A stretch of DNA of 64,000 bases from Escherichia coli (GCF_011045215.1 NZ_CP049201.1); one strand, 5' to 3'. Counted from the stretch's first letter, positions 12,719 to 26,928 are shown. The notes: generated from the sequence alone by a model not told the origin. Numbers and translations are program-made.

Positions 12719-13891
12719 TTAGCCAGCGTTAGCTTTTACGATATCGTCGATCAGTTTATTGACAGGTGCCAGGCTGATTTCACGCGCGGTGCTTACCGCT
12801 ACCGGAGTGGAACGTACTTTATTTGCCAGTACCTGACCGTCACGGTTAGTGGTATTGACGCTCACCAGCGTGGATAAACCGATACGCAGCGGGTATTGCT
12901 CCAGCTGTTTCTGGTCCAGTTCGATACGCACAGGCAGACGCTGAACGACTTTGATCCAGTTACCGGTCGCATTTTGCGCCGGAAGCAGTGAGAACGCGCT
13001 ACCTGTGCCCATATCCAGACCAACCACTTTACCGGTGTATTTCACATCATCGCCGTAAATATCGGTGGTGATAGTGACCGGCTGACCGATACGCATATTG
13101 GCAATCTGCGTCTCTTTAAAGTTGGCATCCACCCACATATTGGTGGCTGGAACGACCGCCATCAGCGGCGTCGTTGGGCTAATTTGCGCCCCAGGCTGTA
13201 CCGCGCGGCGGGAGACATAACCGGTCATCGGACTGACAATACGAGTACGCTCCAGCGCCAGCCAGGCGTTACGTACTTCGGTGGCAGCCTGTTGCACGGC
13301 AGGCTGATCTTCCAGTTTAGTCCCCAGAATCATCGCCTGATTGGCATTGTATTGTTGAATCGCGACGTCCAGTTGCGCCTGGGCACTGGTAACGGCGTCG
13401 CGGGCGTGTTGCAGCTCTTCGCGACCAATCAGGTTGGCATTGCCCAGCGGCACACGGCGGTTGTAGTCGCTTTGTGCTTTCGCGAGGGCGATTTTTTGCA
13501 CCTCAATATTCGCCTGCAACTGTTTGCTGTTAATCATCAGCTGGTGGGTTTGGCGAACGCTGGAAGCCAGTGCAGTTTTGGCTTTTTCAAACGCCTGGCG
13601 AGCATCTGTCGGGTCGAGAGTGACCAGAACATCGCCTTCTTTTACAAAATCGGTGTTATCGGCCCAGACTTTCGTCACGCTGCCAGACACCTGAGACATA
13701 ATTTGAATCTGATTCCCTGCCACGTATGCGTCATCGGTTTCTTCGAAGTGACGCAGTACCAAAAACCAATAAATCCCTATCGCTACGGCAATAATTATAA
13801 AGAGCAAGGTGAGAAGGAGGAGCAGACGCTTACGTTTGCCGCTCTTCTTTACCGGTTGCTGCGGGGTTTGAGTCTCCGCATTTGCGCTCAT
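12719..13891 (-). CDS. emrA: multidrug efflux membrane fusion protein EmrA
   Basis: ORF 12719..13903; EmrA begins MSANAETQTPQQPVKKSGKRKR... Confidence 0.95.
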   Translation of the reverse strand: MSANAETQTPQQPVKKSGKRKRLLLLLTLLFIIIAVAIGIYWFLVLRHFEETDDAYVAGNQIQIMSQVSGSVTKVWADNTDFVKEGDVLVTLDPTDARQAFEKAKTALASSVRQTHQLMINSKQLQANIEVQKIALAKAQSDYNRRVPLGNANLIGREELQHARDAVTSAQAQLDVAIQQYNANQAMILGTKLEDQPAVQQAATEVRNAWLALERTRIVSPMTGYVSRRAVQPGAQISPTTPLMAVVPATNMWVDANFKETQIANMRIGQPVTITTDIYGDDVKYTGKVVGLDMGTGSAFSLLPAQNATGNWIKVVQRLPVRIELDQKQLEQYPLRIGLSTLVSVNTTNRDGQVLANKVRSTPVAVSTAREISLAPVNKLIDDIVKANAG

Positions 13892-14017
13892 ATTGTTCTC
13901 CACGATCTTCTTAACTCATCGGCTGAGCCGACCTGCTTGCCAAAAAGGCCAGCATGTTGCGATGCTGGCCGGTCATTTTTTCTTTTATAAATCTGGATTT
14001 TTGAGCGAGATGACGCG

Positions 14018-14548
14018 TTAGCTCATCGCTTCGAGAACCACACCGTCTTGTTCCATCTGGTCGAGACGGGAGAGCAATTTGCGGGTGATTTGCTCGAGCT
14101 GATCTTTTTCTGTTGTGCTGAGCGCGGACCAGAGTTGATGCAGGCAGTTATGCTGCGGTGGTAAAACCTCGCGCAAAAACTCGTGACCTTTTTCCGTTAA
14201 TTGCAGATGCAGGCAGCGGCGATCGTTATCGCTTTCACGACGTTCGATCCAACCGCGTTTTTCCAGTTCATCGGCAATACGCGTCGCGTTGGTACGGGAT
14301 GATCCAAGAGCACAACTTAATTCAGAAGGCTGAATACTGTGGTTTTCCTGAGACTCCAGCGTAATCAACGCCATAAACAACGTCTCGTTAATCCCCTGAG
14401 CCTTCAGCATTTTATTGCGGTTCTCCAGCAGCTTGCTTTGCATGTGCATGCAAAGACGAGTCAGAAGGATCTCCTGATAAGGAAAATCTTCGTGGCGGCT
14501 GGCGCGAAATTTTAGCATTTGTTCAATGGGCGTAAACGAACTATCCAT
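14018..14548 (-). CDS. mprA: MarR-family repressor of emrAB (EmrR/MprA)
   Basis: 176-aa [55 protein letters not shown]... Confidence 0.95.
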
Positions 14549-14638
14549 TTGGGTATGACCTCATTAATTTCAGCCGATATAGTAACGACAGTGACAAATA
14601 AAGTAAATGTATTGTTTTAGAAAAATGATTCTTGTGGG

Positions 14639-14974
14639 TTATATAATCGCCATCACTTTCCAGGCGAGCCCATAGGCCAGCGCACTAAGCAGTGTTGGGA
14701 TGATAATGCTGCGTGTTTTATAGAAACTGGCACCCAGTACCGCGAAGCCGACCAGCGTGGGCACGAAACGGCGTGTATCGTGCATCACTTCTGGTGCGGT
14801 AGAGACAACCAGCAGAGCGCATATCGAGGCGATGCCAATGGTGTCGAGCAAAATACCTACCGCGCCACGTTTGGTTGGGCGGGCATTACCCACACGCAGG
14901 CGCAGCGGCAAATAGCGGAAGCAATAATTCGCCGCGCCAACCAGTAACCCAAGCAGCAGAACCTCATAGCTCAT
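14639..14974 (-). CDS. ygaH: L-valine exporter small subunit
   Basis: 111-aa hydrophobic ORF overlapping ygaZ stop. Confidence 0.85.
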   Translation of the reverse strand: MSYEVLLLGLLVGAANYCFRYLPLRLRVGNARPTKRGAVGILLDTIGIASICALLVVSTAPEVMHDTRRFVPTLVGFAVLGASFYKTRSIIIPTLLSALAYGLAWKVMAII

Positions 14975-15701
14975 CGGGCGCTCCTTGCCAGAATGCCTGG
15001 ATTAACGCAGTGAGGCAGCCACAGACAATGCCTGCCAGAATGGCGACGGGAATAGAAAATAGCGTTACGCCTGCAAGGGCACCAACTAACGCTGCGGTAA
15101 CGCAAAGAGATTGTTTGCGCTGGAAAGAGGCGAGCAGGAAACTCATAAAGAGTGCCGGAAGCATAAAACCTAATGCTGCTTCAACGGCGGGATAACCTTG
15201 CAGCAAGCCGCTGCCGGAGAATGCCCCTATTACCGTACCAAATACCCACGATGACCATGAACTGAAGGCAATGCCGATCATCCAGTTCTCGCTCCAGCGG
15301 CGATTATTGCGTACCAGTTTTGCGGTTGCGGCGGCAAAAACCTCATCCGTCAGGCCAAACGCCCACAGGGCGGTTTTCGATTTTTGCAGACGCTGAATAA
15401 TACGGCTACGCAGTGACGGGCCATACAACACATGGCGAACATCCATTGCCATGACGGTCAGTGCAGCAACCCACAAACTACTCCCGGCTGCCAGCATCGC
15501 GGTAATGACGAACTGGCTCGCGCCTGCATAAATGATGCAGGAGAAAAAAACGCTTTCGAGAGGAGAGAATCCCAGACGGGTCGCATTCAGACCGAACGCA
15601 AAGGCCACCGGAATATAACTAATAACAATCGGTAAACTGTCTTTGCATCCTTCCATGAAGGTCGCCGAACCAGGAGCAGGCTGTGGAGTAGGGCTTTCCA
15701 T
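14964..15701 (-). CDS. ygaZ: L-valine exporter large subunit (AzlC family)
   Basis: 245-aa membrane ORF upstream of ygaH. Confidence 0.85.
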   Translation of the reverse strand: MESPTPQPAPGSATFMEGCKDSLPIVISYIPVAFAFGLNATRLGFSPLESVFFSCIIYAGASQFVITAMLAAGSSLWVAALTVMAMDVRHVLYGPSLRSRIIQRLQKSKTALWAFGLTDEVFAAATAKLVRNNRRWSENWMIGIAFSSWSSWVFGTVIGAFSGSGLLQGYPAVEAALGFMLPALFMSFLLASFQRKQSLCVTAALVGALAGVTLFSIPVAILAGIVCGCLTALIQAFWQGAPDEL

Positions 15702-15824
15702 AGAGTGTACGCTTAACGATTGTTAATATTATAAATAGACTGAATGAATATCTTAACCTTATCAGACTGATGGGCTTCTTAACACCCTTATAAGTGTAAA
15801 GCCACGAAAACGGTTGCTGATTGC

Positions 15825-17009
15825 TTAATTTGCGGCTTCCTGACGATGAAAACCTCGCCACCAGACCAGTAAGTTAACCAGGGCAATCGTCGCGCCAGCC
15901 AGACAAACGCCAGCCCAACCGCCATGTTGCCAGGCTGAGGCTGAAATTAGCGAACCGGCGGCACCGCCAATAAAGTAGCTGGTCATGTAACCTGCGGTCA
16001 GGCGATTACGCGCATCAGGATGTATTCGATAAATTACCGTCTGGTTAGTGATATGCACGCCCTGTACGGTGAGGTCCAGCACCAGAATGCCGATAATCAA
16101 CGCCAGTACGGAAGTGTGACCAAACCAGATTGCCAGCCATGAAAGTAACAGCAGAAGCAGACCGAAAGTTGTGGTGTGGTGCGATTTGCCCTTGTCGGCA
16201 AAACCGCCCGCCGGACGAGCGCCCAACGCTCCGGCAGCTCCCGCAAGCCCAAACAGACCAATTACACCATCGCTGTAGTTAAAAGGTGGAGCGGCAAGCA
16301 AAAAGGCCATTGAGGTCCAGAGAATGCTGAAGTTGGCAAAGGTCAGGCAGCCCAGCAACGCGCGGGTGCGCAGGATCTTATTGCTGATAAACATGCTGAA
16401 AACGGAACCCAACAACTGTGGGTAGTTGAGGTGGGTTTCTGATTTCATTTGTGGCAGACCACGCCATAATGCCAGCGCCATCAGAGCCATTAACACCGAG
16501 GCAACCCAAAAGACGGTGCGCCAGCCGCCGAGGTTTGCCAGTAACCCGGCAACGGTTCGTGCCAGCAATATCCCCAACAGCAGACCGCTCATAATGGTGC
16601 CAACCACTTTGCCGCGTTTATCCGGTGAAGCCAGCGTCGCTGCCAGCGGAACCAGAATTTGTGCCACGACTGAGAATAAACCGGTTAATGCCGTACCGAG
16701 GATCATCATCGCCAGTGACTGACTGCTGGCAGTGATTAACATACCGCCCGCTGCCAGTAAGGTCATCGAGACAATCAGGCGGCGGCGTTCAAATATATCA
16801 CCGAGGGGAACAAGAAACAGCAGACCGGCGGCATAGCCCAACTGCGCGGCGGTAACAATAAAGCCTGCCGAACTGGCGGAAAGGGAAAAGTTACGCGCGA
16901 TGGTGTCGAGCAATGGCTGGGCGTAATAGTTGCTGGCGACCGCCAGACTGGTGGCGATAGACATCAGCACGATTAGCGCCGGGCTAAGCTCATGATTAGG
17001 TTTGGTCAT
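15825..17009 (-). CDS. ygaY: MFS transporter, apparently intact
   Basis: Uninterrupted 394-aa ORF with 12 predicted hydrophobic segments; in K-12 this locus is a pseudogene as I recall. Confidence 0.75.
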   Translation of the reverse strand: MTKPNHELSPALIVLMSIATSLAVASNYYAQPLLDTIARNFSLSASSAGFIVTAAQLGYAAGLLFLVPLGDIFERRRLIVSMTLLAAGGMLITASSQSLAMMILGTALTGLFSVVAQILVPLAATLASPDKRGKVVGTIMSGLLLGILLARTVAGLLANLGGWRTVFWVASVLMALMALALWRGLPQMKSETHLNYPQLLGSVFSMFISNKILRTRALLGCLTFANFSILWTSMAFLLAAPPFNYSDGVIGLFGLAGAAGALGARPAGGFADKGKSHHTTTFGLLLLLLSWLAIWFGHTSVLALIIGILVLDLTVQGVHITNQTVIYRIHPDARNRLTAGYMTSYFIGGAAGSLISASAWQHGGWAGVCLAGATIALVNLLVWWRGFHRQEAAN

Positions 17010-17110
17010 TATTTTTGTTCATCAGGTGATGATTAAGCTGGAAATCAATAATAGCGGATGTTGATGAATATGGGATGAAAGATAGATTGTTGAAATGTGC
17101 GGTGTGGTTT

Positions 17111-17291
<181 letters not shown>

Positions 17292-17300
17292 GAATAAAAA

Positions 17301-18293
17301 TTACTTCTGTGCAGCCAGCGCCTCCTTTACCCAGCCATCGAACTGCTGCTGATGGGCTTTGATCCAGCCATCAACGTGGCCCTGAATATCGCCTTCTGAG
17401 GCTTTGCCGTCATGCATAATGGCGTTCTGGGCGTTAATATCTGCCACTGGCAACTGCATAATGGCAAACAGTTTCGCTGCTGCCGGGTTTTTCTCGGCCC
17501 AGGCTTTATTGGCAACGATATGCATGGTGCTGACCGGGAAGCCGTAATTCGCGCCATTCGGCAGTTTGGTATCGGCATTTTTATCGCCCGGCAGTGCAGA
17601 GAACGGCACCTGCAACCAGACCACATCTTTCCCTGGCTTCAGCTCATTACTCACCCAGTACGGCGTCCAGGTGTAGTAAAACACCGGTTTGCCCTCTTTG
17701 TAACGACTGATGGTGTCAGCCATCATCGCCGCGTAGTTCCCCTGATTATGCGTCACGGTATTGGTCAGTTCATACGCGGCAAGCTGGTGGTTGATCGCAC
17801 CTTCGCAGCCCCAGCCAGGGTTACAGCCAGTCAAATCCGCTTTACCGTCGCCGTTGGTATCTAACAGTTTGGCGATCTTCGGATCTTTTAGTTGTGCGAT
17901 GTTGGTGATTTTGTACTGGTCGGCGGTTTTCTTATCGATCAGGTAACCCTGTGCCGCGCCGTTAACAAATACCCCTTCACGATAAAATTTCTTATCGCCA
18001 CCGGCAGCTTCGTACATGTTGTCATGCAGTGGCGTCCAGTTCACGGCGGTGAAGGTTGCATCGCCGGAAGCAAGCGAGGTGTAGCCAACGTTGTAATCCA
18101 CTTCGCTGGGTTTATTGACGGTATAACCTAATTTCTCCAGCGCACGACTGACCAGCAGTGTCTGGAAGGTTTCTTCGGTGATGGTGCTTTGAACTGGATT
18201 AACAGTAATGCCTTTGCCCGGCAGATCGGCAGCAAAAGTTTGTGTAGAGATAAGCGTGGCAAACGCTGTCGCAAAAAGTACGCTATGTCGCAT
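17301..18293 (-). CDS. proX: glycine betaine/proline ABC transporter periplasmic binding protein
   Basis: ORF 17301..18341; ProX begins [31 protein letters not shown] (signal peptide). Confidence 0.95.
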   Translation of the reverse strand: MRHSVLFATAFATLISTQTFAADLPGKGITVNPVQSTITEETFQTLLVSRALEKLGYTVNKPSEVDYNVGYTSLASGDATFTAVNWTPLHDNMYEAAGGDKKFYREGVFVNGAAQGYLIDKKTADQYKITNIAQLKDPKIAKLLDTNGDGKADLTGCNPGWGCEGAINHQLAAYELTNTVTHNQGNYAAMMADTISRYKEGKPVFYYTWTPYWVSNELKPGKDVVWLQVPFSALPGDKNADTKLPNGANYGFPVSTMHIVANKAWAEKNPAAAKLFAIMQLPVADINAQNAIMHDGKASEGDIQGHVDGWIKAHQQQFDGWVKEALAAQK

Positions 18294-18349
18294 TGTTATT
18301 CCTTTTTTTGGCAGGGTGATATGCCCGGCGTCACCGGGCAAGTGCAGAG

Positions 18350-19414
18350 TTACTTAATGAATGGGCGGGTCAGCAGACCGACAGGGCCAGTGGTGTACCA
18401 GCGACGGTTGCCGCGACTGCGTGAGTCGCGCCCAACGGCCTGCGTCAGACGATCGAGGATAATGGCGAGGATCACAATCCCGACGCCGCCAACGGTGGCA
18501 AGCCCCATATCCAGACGACCGATACCACGAAGTACCATCTGACCCAACCCGCCGACGGCAATCATCGAGGCGATGACCACCATAGAAAGGGCCAGCATCA
18601 GCGTCTGGTTAACGCCCGCCATAATGGTCGGCATCGCCAGCGGTAACTGAACTTTGAACAGCATCTGGCGCGGGCTGGCACCGAATGAGCGCGAGGCTTC
18701 AATCAGATCCGCCGGAACCTGGTTAATCCCCAGAATGGTCAGACGGATAATCGGCGGCAGAGCAAAGATGATCGTCACCACCACGCCCGGCACGTTACCG
18801 ATACCAAATAGCATGACGATTGGCACCAGATAAACAAACGCTGGCGTGGTCTGCATGGCATCAAGCAGTGGACGAATAATTTTCGCCGCTCGCGGACTTC
18901 TCGCCAGCCAGATCCCCAACGGCAAACCGATGACGATACAGAACAGCAGGGCGGTTAACACCAGCGCCAGAGTCACCATTGCCTGCGACCAGGCACCGAT
19001 TGCGCCGATGGCAATCAGCGAAACCAGCGTCGCCACGCCCATTCCGACCCCGGAAATCTGCCAGGCGATGAGAGCGAAAACGATAATCGCCACCGGCGCG
19101 GGCATACCCAGCAGCAATTGCTGGAAACCGTTGAGGATATAATCAACCGGAACGCGCACGCCCTGGAAGACGGGACGGAAATGGGTAACGACCCAGTCGA
19201 TCCCTTCAGTGACCCAACTGTCGAGCGGGATCAGCGTTTTATGGAACGGATCGAGAATATTAAAATGCTCGACGTTTGGCGCAGGCGTACTGGTCAGCCA
19301 GTCAGCACCACCGCCGTCAGTCGGTGCAGTCGTCGGTGTACCCCAGGCGTCTGCGGATTGCGCGGCACTGTCCGCCGCTGGCGTGGTATCCCACGGATTA
19401 TTTTGATCAGCCAT
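18350..19414 (-). CDS. proW: glycine betaine/proline ABC transporter permease
   Basis: 354-aa [28 protein letters not shown]... Confidence 0.95.
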   Translation of the reverse strand: MADQNNPWDTTPAADSAAQSADAWGTPTTAPTDGGGADWLTSTPAPNVEHFNILDPFHKTLIPLDSWVTEGIDWVVTHFRPVFQGVRVPVDYILNGFQQLLLGMPAPVAIIVFALIAWQISGVGMGVATLVSLIAIGAIGAWSQAMVTLALVLTALLFCIVIGLPLGIWLARSPRAAKIIRPLLDAMQTTPAFVYLVPIVMLFGIGNVPGVVVTIIFALPPIIRLTILGINQVPADLIEASRSFGASPRQMLFKVQLPLAMPTIMAGVNQTLMLALSMVVIASMIAVGGLGQMVLRGIGRLDMGLATVGGVGIVILAIILDRLTQAVGRDSRSRGNRRWYTTGPVGLLTRPFIK

Positions 19415-20609
19415 TATTTACCCCCTCACGATCTAAAGCGCGCAGCAGCATTCCTTTCGAAATGATGCCGACATACTGTTGGTCCTCGTCGACCACGGGC
19501 ACCGCACAGGGTGCCTGTCCGACATGAGAGAGCAACTCGCTAAGAGGCGTTTGTGCATCGACTGCTAACGGCGCATCAATCAGCGCCGCATCAAGACCTT
19601 GCTGCTGCGTTAACGCGGTTTTAAGCGAATCGATTGAGACTGCGCCGACAAACTTATTACCGCGTTCGATAACGTAGCCATATTCGCGATCTTCATCCTG
19701 CAATAATTTCAGTGCCGAACGTGGGCCGAAGCCAGGGGTTTTACGAATTAAGCCATTCGGTGTCCGGCGGGCAATATCTTTCGCACTGAATACCTGACTA
19801 ATATCAACGCCACGGAAGAAGGTACGGACATAATCATTCGCCGGATTATTGAGAATTTCATCCGGTGTGCCGACCTGTACCACTTCACCATTTTGCATAA
19901 TGGCAATTCGGTCGCCAATACGCATGGCTTCATCGAGATCGTGGGAAATAAAGACAATGGTGCGCTGATGTTTCGCCTGTAATTTTACCAGCTCATCCTG
20001 CATCTCGGTGCGAATTAATGGATCGAGCGCCGAGAAGGCTTCATCCATTAATAAAATATCCGGATTAATCGCTAACGCGCGGGCTAATCCCACACGTTGA
20101 CGCATCCCGCCAGAGAGTTCATCCGGGTAGCTGTGGGCATAATTTTCCAGCCCGACCTGACGCAGTGCATCAATGGCTTTTTCCCGGCGTTCTTCGGCAT
20201 TAATTCCGGCCAATTCCATACCAAACGCAGTATTGTCCAGCACGGTCATATGCGGCATTAAGGCAAAGGACTGGAAGACCATCGCAATCTTTTTTCTGCG
20301 CACCTCACGGAGTTCGGCGTCGGATATTTTGGCAATATCCACACCATCAATCAGTACTTGCCCGCGGGTGGGTTCAATCAGGCGATTGAGAAGGCGTACC
20401 ATTGTGGATTTACCCGAGCCGGATAATCCCATGATGACAAATATCTCGCCTTCTTCAATGGCCAGACTGGCGTCTTTTACGCCAAGCGATAGCCCAGTTT
20501 TTTCCAGAATTTGTTCTTTCGAAAGTCCTTGTTCGATATATTTGAACGCTCGCTGTGGATGCTCACCAAATATTTTATAAAGATTTTTAATTTCTAATTT
20601 AATTGCCAT
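19407..20609 (-). CDS. proV: glycine betaine/proline ABC transporter ATPase
   Basis: ORF 19407..20810; ProV begins [22 protein letters not shown]; Walker [11 protein letters not shown]-terminal CBS domains; upstream in-frame extension judged non-coding. Confidence 0.93.
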   Translation of the reverse strand: MAIKLEIKNLYKIFGEHPQRAFKYIEQGLSKEQILEKTGLSLGVKDASLAIEEGEIFVIMGLSGSGKSTMVRLLNRLIEPTRGQVLIDGVDIAKISDAELREVRRKKIAMVFQSFALMPHMTVLDNTAFGMELAGINAEERREKAIDALRQVGLENYAHSYPDELSGGMRQRVGLARALAINPDILLMDEAFSALDPLIRTEMQDELVKLQAKHQRTIVFISHDLDEAMRIGDRIAIMQNGEVVQVGTPDEILNNPANDYVRTFFRGVDISQVFSAKDIARRTPNGLIRKTPGFGPRSALKLLQDEDREYGYVIERGNKFVGAVSIDSLKTALTQQQGLDAALIDAPLAVDAQTPLSELLSHVGQAPCAVPVVDEDQQYVGIISKGMLLRALDREGVNNG

Positions 20610-20963
20610 GCAATAGAAAGATTCCTTTATTTGTTTATGTCGATATATTACCCAATGGAAATAGTCACTTTTTTCTACCCTAACATACTGAGAATCTGAG
20701 GCAACCCCTGAGGGCAAATGTGGCATGAATATTGATGCGAGCAAATCGCCGGAATTTCCCGTGATATAAGGGCTGAGAGCAAATCGAGAAAAGTTGATAT
20801 TTTTTGTCATAGATAGCGAAAAAACGCCTGAATATTGTAGTTTCAGGCGAATAATGCAACAGAGTATCAGTGTAGATCACTACAGAATATTTGCGTGATA
20901 AAAAGCTATTTGGCGGGAATTATTTCCCTGCTGCGGGTAGTGATATTTTTGAAAATAACACCC

Positions 20964-21932
<969 letters not shown>

Positions 21933-24077
21933 TTAAAGTGCACAGGAGACGCAGCCTTCAATTTCAGTGCCTTCCAGCGCCATCTGACGCAGGCGGATGT
22001 AATAGAGCGTTTTGATACCTTTGCGCCAGGCGTAAATCTGCGCTTTGTTGATATCGCGAGTGGTGGCGGTATCGGGGAAAAACAGCGTCAGCGACAGCCC
22101 CTGATCGACATGGCGAGTCGCTTCCGCGTAGGTGTCGATGATCTTTTCTGCGCCAATTTCGTAAGCGTCCTGATACAGCGCCAGATTCTCGTTAGTCATA
22201 AACGGGGCAGGGTAGTAAACGCGTCCTGTTTTGCCCTCTTTGCGTATCTCTACTTTCGCCACAATCGGATGAATACTCGACGTAGCATGGTTGATATAAG
22301 AGATAGAACCGGTTGGCGGCACCGCCTGAAGATTCTGGTTGTATATGCCGTAGCGCATCACGTCGTCGCGCAGCTGCGCCCACATCTCACGGGTAGGTAA
22401 CGTAATACCGCTACGGGTAAACAGTTCGCCAACTTTCGCCGTTTTCGGCTGCCAGTTCCCTTGCAGATATTGGCTAAAATATTCACCACTGGCATAGCGT
22501 GACTGTTTGAACCCGGCGAAGGTTTCACCGCGTTCGCGTGCCAGCAACATCGAGGTACGCAGTGCATGCCAGGTGATGGCATAGAAATAGAGATTGGTGA
22601 AATCCAGTGCTTCCGGCGAACCATAAGCGATGCCTTCTCGCGCCAGATAGCCGTGTAAATTCATCTGCCCCAGTCCGATGGCGTGCGAGGCGGCATTTCC
22701 GGCTTCGATGGACGGCACGCTGCGAATATGACTCATATCTGATACTGCCGTTAAACCGCGCACGGCAGTCTCTACCGTGCGGGCAAAGTCGGGGGAATCC
22801 ATGGTGTGGGCAATATTCAACGAACCTAAATTGCAGGAAATATCATGGCCTGTACGGGCATAGTCGAGATTCTCGTCATACTCTGAGGCGCTGTTAACCT
22901 GCAAAATTTCTGAGCAGAGATTACTCATATTTATGCGCCCGGCGATAGGGTTAGCACGGTTTACCGTGTCTTCATACATGATGTACGGATAGCCGGACTC
23001 AAACTGGATTTCTGCCAGTCGCTGGAAGAAATCACGGGCGTTGAGGTATTTTTTGCGAATGCGTTCATCGGCAACCAGTTCGTCATAGTGTTGGCTGATG
23101 GGCACATCGGCAAACGGCTTGCCATAAACTCGCTCTACGTCATAAGGCGAAAACAGCGCCATCTGCGCATTCTCTTTTGCCAGATGGAAAGTGATATCCG
23201 GGATCACCACGCCAAGCGACAGTGTTTTAATGCGGATTTTTTCGTCGGCATTTTCCCGTTTCGTGTCGAGAAAACGCAGAATATCGGGATGATGAGCATG
23301 TAAATAGACTGCACCAGCCCCCTGACGCGCGCCGAGTTGGTTGGCATAGGAAAATGCGTCTTCCAGCATTTTCATCACCGGAATTACGCCAGAAGATTGA
23401 TTTTCAATACGTTTAATTGGCGCGCCCGCTTCCCGCAGATTCGACAGCAAAAATGCTACGCCGCCGCCGCGTTTCGACAGTTGCAGTGCGGAATTTACCG
23501 CCCGACCAATCGACTCCATATTGTCTTCAATACGCAGCAAAAAACAGGAAACCAGTTCGCCGCGCTGCTGCTTACCGCAGTTGAGGAATGTTGGCGTGGC
23601 TGGCTGAAAGCGTCCTGACAGCATTTCATCTGTCAGTTGCAACGCCAGCGTCTCATCGCCTTGTGCCAGCGTCAGCGCCACCATCGTGACTCGATCGGCA
23701 AAATCTTCCAGATAACGTTTACCGTCGAATGTCTTCAACGTATAGCTGGTGTAAAACTTCCATGCCCCGAGGAATGTCTGGAAACGAAAACCGCTGGTGT
23801 GTGCGTGGGCAAACAGCGTAATGACAAAGTCGCGAGAGTAGCGATTAAGAACGCTTTCATCATAGTAACCTTCGTTGACCAGCCAGTTCAGGCGCTGCTG
23901 CTGGCTACTGAAGGTCACACTGTTCGGACGCACATGTGTCGCCATAAAAGCGTCAACGGCCTGCCGATCTTTATCGAACTGAATGCGACCTGCGCTATCG
24001 TAAAGGTTAAGCATCGCATTCAGCGCGTGATAATCCATCGTTTCCTGCGTCAGGCGTTCTGCGGTTGTCGTTGCCAA
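21933..24077 (-). CDS. nrdE: class Ib ribonucleotide reductase alpha subunit
   Basis: 714-aa [30 protein letters not shown]... Confidence 0.95.
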   Translation of the reverse strand: MATTTAERLTQETMDYHALNAMLNLYDSAGRIQFDKDRQAVDAFMATHVRPNSVTFSSQQQRLNWLVNEGYYDESVLNRYSRDFVITLFAHAHTSGFRFQTFLGAWKFYTSYTLKTFDGKRYLEDFADRVTMVALTLAQGDETLALQLTDEMLSGRFQPATPTFLNCGKQQRGELVSCFLLRIEDNMESIGRAVNSALQLSKRGGGVAFLLSNLREAGAPIKRIENQSSGVIPVMKMLEDAFSYANQLGARQGAGAVYLHAHHPDILRFLDTKRENADEKIRIKTLSLGVVIPDITFHLAKENAQMALFSPYDVERVYGKPFADVPISQHYDELVADERIRKKYLNARDFFQRLAEIQFESGYPYIMYEDTVNRANPIAGRINMSNLCSEILQVNSASEYDENLDYARTGHDISCNLGSLNIAHTMDSPDFARTVETAVRGLTAVSDMSHIRSVPSIEAGNAASHAIGLGQMNLHGYLAREGIAYGSPEALDFTNLYFYAITWHALRTSMLLARERGETFAGFKQSRYASGEYFSQYLQGNWQPKTAKVGELFTRSGITLPTREMWAQLRDDVMRYGIYNQNLQAVPPTGSISYINHATSSIHPIVAKVEIRKEGKTGRVYYPAPFMTNENLALYQDAYEIGAEKIIDTYAEATRHVDQGLSLTLFFPDTATTRDINKAQIYAWRKGIKTLYYIRLRQMALEGTEIEGCVSCAL

Positions 24078-24460
24078 AATTCGGTTACTCCTTTACGAAC
24101 GTTTTCGATATCGCTTTGCGTACCCATGAGTTCAAAACGGTACAGCCACGGCACGCCGCATTTCCGGGTAATCACATCTCCGGCGCGGCCATACGCCTCA
24201 CCAAAGTTGCGATTACCAGAAGCAATAACGCCGCGAAGCAACGCCCGGTTGTGCTCGTCGTTTAAAAAGCGAATTACCTGTCGTGGCACCGCGCCAGCCG
24301 TACCGCCGCCGCCGTAAGAGGGCACGATCAGGATGTAAGGCTCGTCTACCTGAATCCGTTCCCGCTCATTGAGCGGGATGCGCACCGCGGGCAGCCCTAA
24401 ACGTTCGATAAAACGCTGCGTATTTTCGGAGCTGCTGGAAAAGTAGACGAGCTGGCTCAT
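24050..24460 (-). CDS. nrdI: flavodoxin-like RNR activation protein NrdI
   Basis: 136-aa [26 protein letters not shown]... Confidence 0.95.
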   Translation of the reverse strand: MSQLVYFSSSSENTQRFIERLGLPAVRIPLNERERIQVDEPYILIVPSYGGGGTAGAVPRQVIRFLNDEHNRALLRGVIASGNRNFGEAYGRAGDVITRKCGVPWLYRFELMGTQSDIENVRKGVTEFWQRQPQNA

Positions 24461-24702
24461 GCACTGGCCGCGTGTGGCGCTGGATGCAGACGATTGATCA
24501 TGTCCGGGCGGAAACCAGACCAGCTAAGATCGCCTGCAATCACTACCGGCAACTGACGAAAGCCCTGAGCACGCAACGCTTCTGCCGCTTCAGGAACGCG
24601 ATCGACATTAATCATTTCAAAATCAAAGCCCCGGTTTTCCATCGCCCGTTTGGTGGCGTGGCACTGAACGCAATCGTTACGAGTGTAAATAGTAATGCGC
24701 AT
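24457..24702 (-). CDS. nrdH: glutaredoxin-like protein NrdH
   Basis: 81-aa [37 protein letters not shown] with CVQC redox motif. Confidence 0.95.
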   Translation of the reverse strand: MRITIYTRNDCVQCHATKRAMENRGFDFEMINVDRVPEAAEALRAQGFRQLPVVIAGDLSWSGFRPDMINRLHPAPHAASA

Positions 24703-24805
24703 GATTCGTATTTCCGTTTAAAATGAAGATACGGCGCGATGATACGCGTCGGGTTGTCTCTCTGTTGATACAGAGATACTAGATGTAGTTGAAAAAAGAT
24801 TCAAC

Positions 24806-24821
24806 CACACAATATATAGCA
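24806..24821 (-). promoter_or_regulatory. candidate NrdR box upstream of nrdHIEF (ACACAATATATAGCAA)
   Basis: 13 of 16 match to the NrdR consensus acaCwAtATaTwGtgt as I remember it; about 100 bp upstream of nrdH. Confidence 0.35.
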
Positions 24822-24887
24822 AATAGTGGTCGAAGTTACCCTGGATATGAGCGTGACGGGGTAGGGGGATTTTTGTGATTCACCAGG

Positions 24888-24919
24888 CAAAAAGAAACCC
24901 CGAAGACAGGCTTCGGGGT
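24888..24919 (-). terminator. ygaM intrinsic terminator (CCCCGAAG...CTTCGGGG hairpin with T-tract on minus strand)
   Basis: Perfect GC-rich inverted repeat directly downstream of ygaM stop. Confidence 0.7.
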
Positions 24920-24949
24920 CAAAGACGCGTATTTATTATCATTTTTGCA

Positions 24950-25279
24950 CTACGATTTGCGCATGCTTAACAGTGCTCCGATAAAAATACCTACCGCAGC
25001 TGCAGTACCCACGCTACACCAGGGTCTTTCACGAACAAAAGAATCCGCGCAGCCAACGGCATCGCGTGCGGCTTGCTGGACGCGAGTACGGCCATGCATT
25101 CGCGCCCTGGTTTCTTTCAGCAATGCCTGAGCTTTACTGCGTGCGGCTTCAGCTTCCCCTTTGGCGTCGCTGCCCCAGGACTTCAATACAGATTCGAGGC
25201 TGTCAGCTAATTGATTGACATCATTCTGGATATCCTGCACGCCATCATCAACGTCGTTGCGGTTCGGTCGGTTAAACAT
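24950..25279 (-). CDS. ygaM: ElaB/YgaM-family ribosome-associated membrane-anchored protein
   Basis: ORF 24950..25291; begins MFNRPNRNDVDDGVQDIQNDVNQLADSLESVLKSW; C-terminal TM segment. Confidence 0.85.
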   Translation of the reverse strand: MFNRPNRNDVDDGVQDIQNDVNQLADSLESVLKSWGSDAKGEAEAARSKAQALLKETRARMHGRTRVQQAARDAVGCADSFVRERPWCSVGTAAAVGIFIGALLSMRKS

Positions 25280-25430
25280 ATGATCCCCCATTAGAATTCG
25301 ATGTAATTTTCAGTGTAGACCATAATTTTCTTAACTGAGGTTCATCGCGGCTTTATGGACTTTTCTGAAAGCGTTGTGAATGCGCAATCAGGTAAGGTAG
25401 GCCCGCGGTTGATAATAACGAGGATCAAAT

Positions 25431-25775
25431 ATGTATTTACGACCAGACGAGGTGGCGCGCGTACTTGAAAAAGTCGGTTTTACTGTCGATGTGGTAACCC
25501 AGAAAGCGTATGGTTACCGCCGTGGGGAAAATTATGTCTATGTTAATCGCGAAGCGCGAATGGGACGTACCGCTCTGGTAATTCATCCAACATTAAAAGA
25601 ACGCAGTTCGACACTGGCTGAACCCACTTCCGATATTAAAACTTGCGATCATTACCAGCAATTTCCGCTCTATTTAGCAGGCGAGCGACACGAGCATTAC
25701 GGTATCCCGCATGGCTTTAGTTCGCGTGTTGCGCTTGAACGTTATTTGAATGGTTTATTTGGCGAAGCCAGTTAA
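25431..25775 (+). CDS. ygaC: uncharacterised protein YgaC
   Basis: 114-aa [56 protein letters not shown]... Confidence 0.85.
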   Translation: MYLRPDEVARVLEKVGFTVDVVTQKAYGYRRGENYVYVNREARMGRTALVIHPTLKERSSTLAEPTSDIKTCDHYQQFPLYLAGERHEHYGIPHGFSSRVALERYLNGLFGEAS

Positions 25776-25811
25776 AGACGCGACTGGCGATGCCAGTCGC
25801 GAAAAGAAGAG

Positions 25812-26261
25812 TCAGGCTTTTACCTGCTGGTAACGGCTGACTTTAAACAGTCGGCGGCAATAATCGAGGAAGTAGCCATAAACCGCCCCCATCAACATCG
25901 AAACAACGATGTTTGAACTGACCGCCGCCATAATCTGATGCCAGTCTGCGCCCACCACTAACAAGATCGCCACATACACCGGTGACTGGAACGTCACATA
26001 AGCCAGGATATCCGCCAGATTTTTTATCCAGCCCGACGGGCTAACTTTGCGTGCCGCGCGCATAAACAGATCGCGGTACATACCGTATGGCCATGCAATT
26101 AAGATGTTCACCGGAATCGCTACTAATCTGGAATAAAAAGACTGTTCGAAGCTCATTCCGGAGAGGAAAACTTCAATACACATGTTCACGACAGAACAGT
26201 AAACAACCATCGCGAACGTATCTGCAACTGCATGACGCAAGCGTGACTGCGGTGAGAACAT
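25812..26261 (-). CDS. alaE: L-alanine exporter
   Basis: 149-aa membrane [44 protein letters not shown]... Confidence 0.88.
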   Translation of the reverse strand: MFSPQSRLRHAVADTFAMVVYCSVVNMCIEVFLSGMSFEQSFYSRLVAIPVNILIAWPYGMYRDLFMRAARKVSPSGWIKNLADILAYVTFQSPVYVAILLVVGADWHQIMAAVSSNIVVSMLMGAVYGYFLDYCRRLFKVSRYQQVKA

Positions 26262-26928
26262 GCTAATGCTCCTTAATAAAAGCGTAATAGGATGTTAATG
26301 GAGATGAAAGCAGTGGATCTCATTGCCATCTGCATTTTCGCATAGCGTATATCGCTGGCTATGACTAATCAATTAGTGAAAAATTTTTATTTAGTCAGTT
26401 TTTGTAGATAAAATATTCCGTAACGGCTCGTTTTTTGTACATTGTGGATTTTTACATGCCGATATGATTTATTTTAAATTAAATCAATTAGATATGGCCT
26501 TTCCTTTAATTTCACTAATGAAAGTTTGGGGGTGAGGTAACGCTATAAGCGTAGAGAATTCGGTGTATGTCGTGACCGGGTCATTTACAGCATTTTTTAT
26601 GCCAGAAAATGTACATTAACAGCAGAAAGCACCAGTGAGGGGTGTTTTATTTTATTCTGTTATATTGCATTTTTATTCACTTTGGTTTTGTCAGGCTTGC
26701 GGAATTAGCGAGCAGAGAGCGCCGTTCTGTTCACCAATAAACTAAATTACTCATCAAAATGGCTAATATATAATCTTGAAATTATTCTGAGAGTTTCAGA
26801 AAATAACAGCTGAAATAATCTCGCGCAGGACTGTAAATAGATTAAATTTTGTGGAAATATAATAAGTGATCGCTTACACTACGCGACGAAATACTTTTTT
26901 GTTTTGGCGTTAAAAGGTTTTCTTTATT

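Noticed and set aside
13184-13990. 268-aa plus-strand ORF
   Set aside because: Antisense within emrA.
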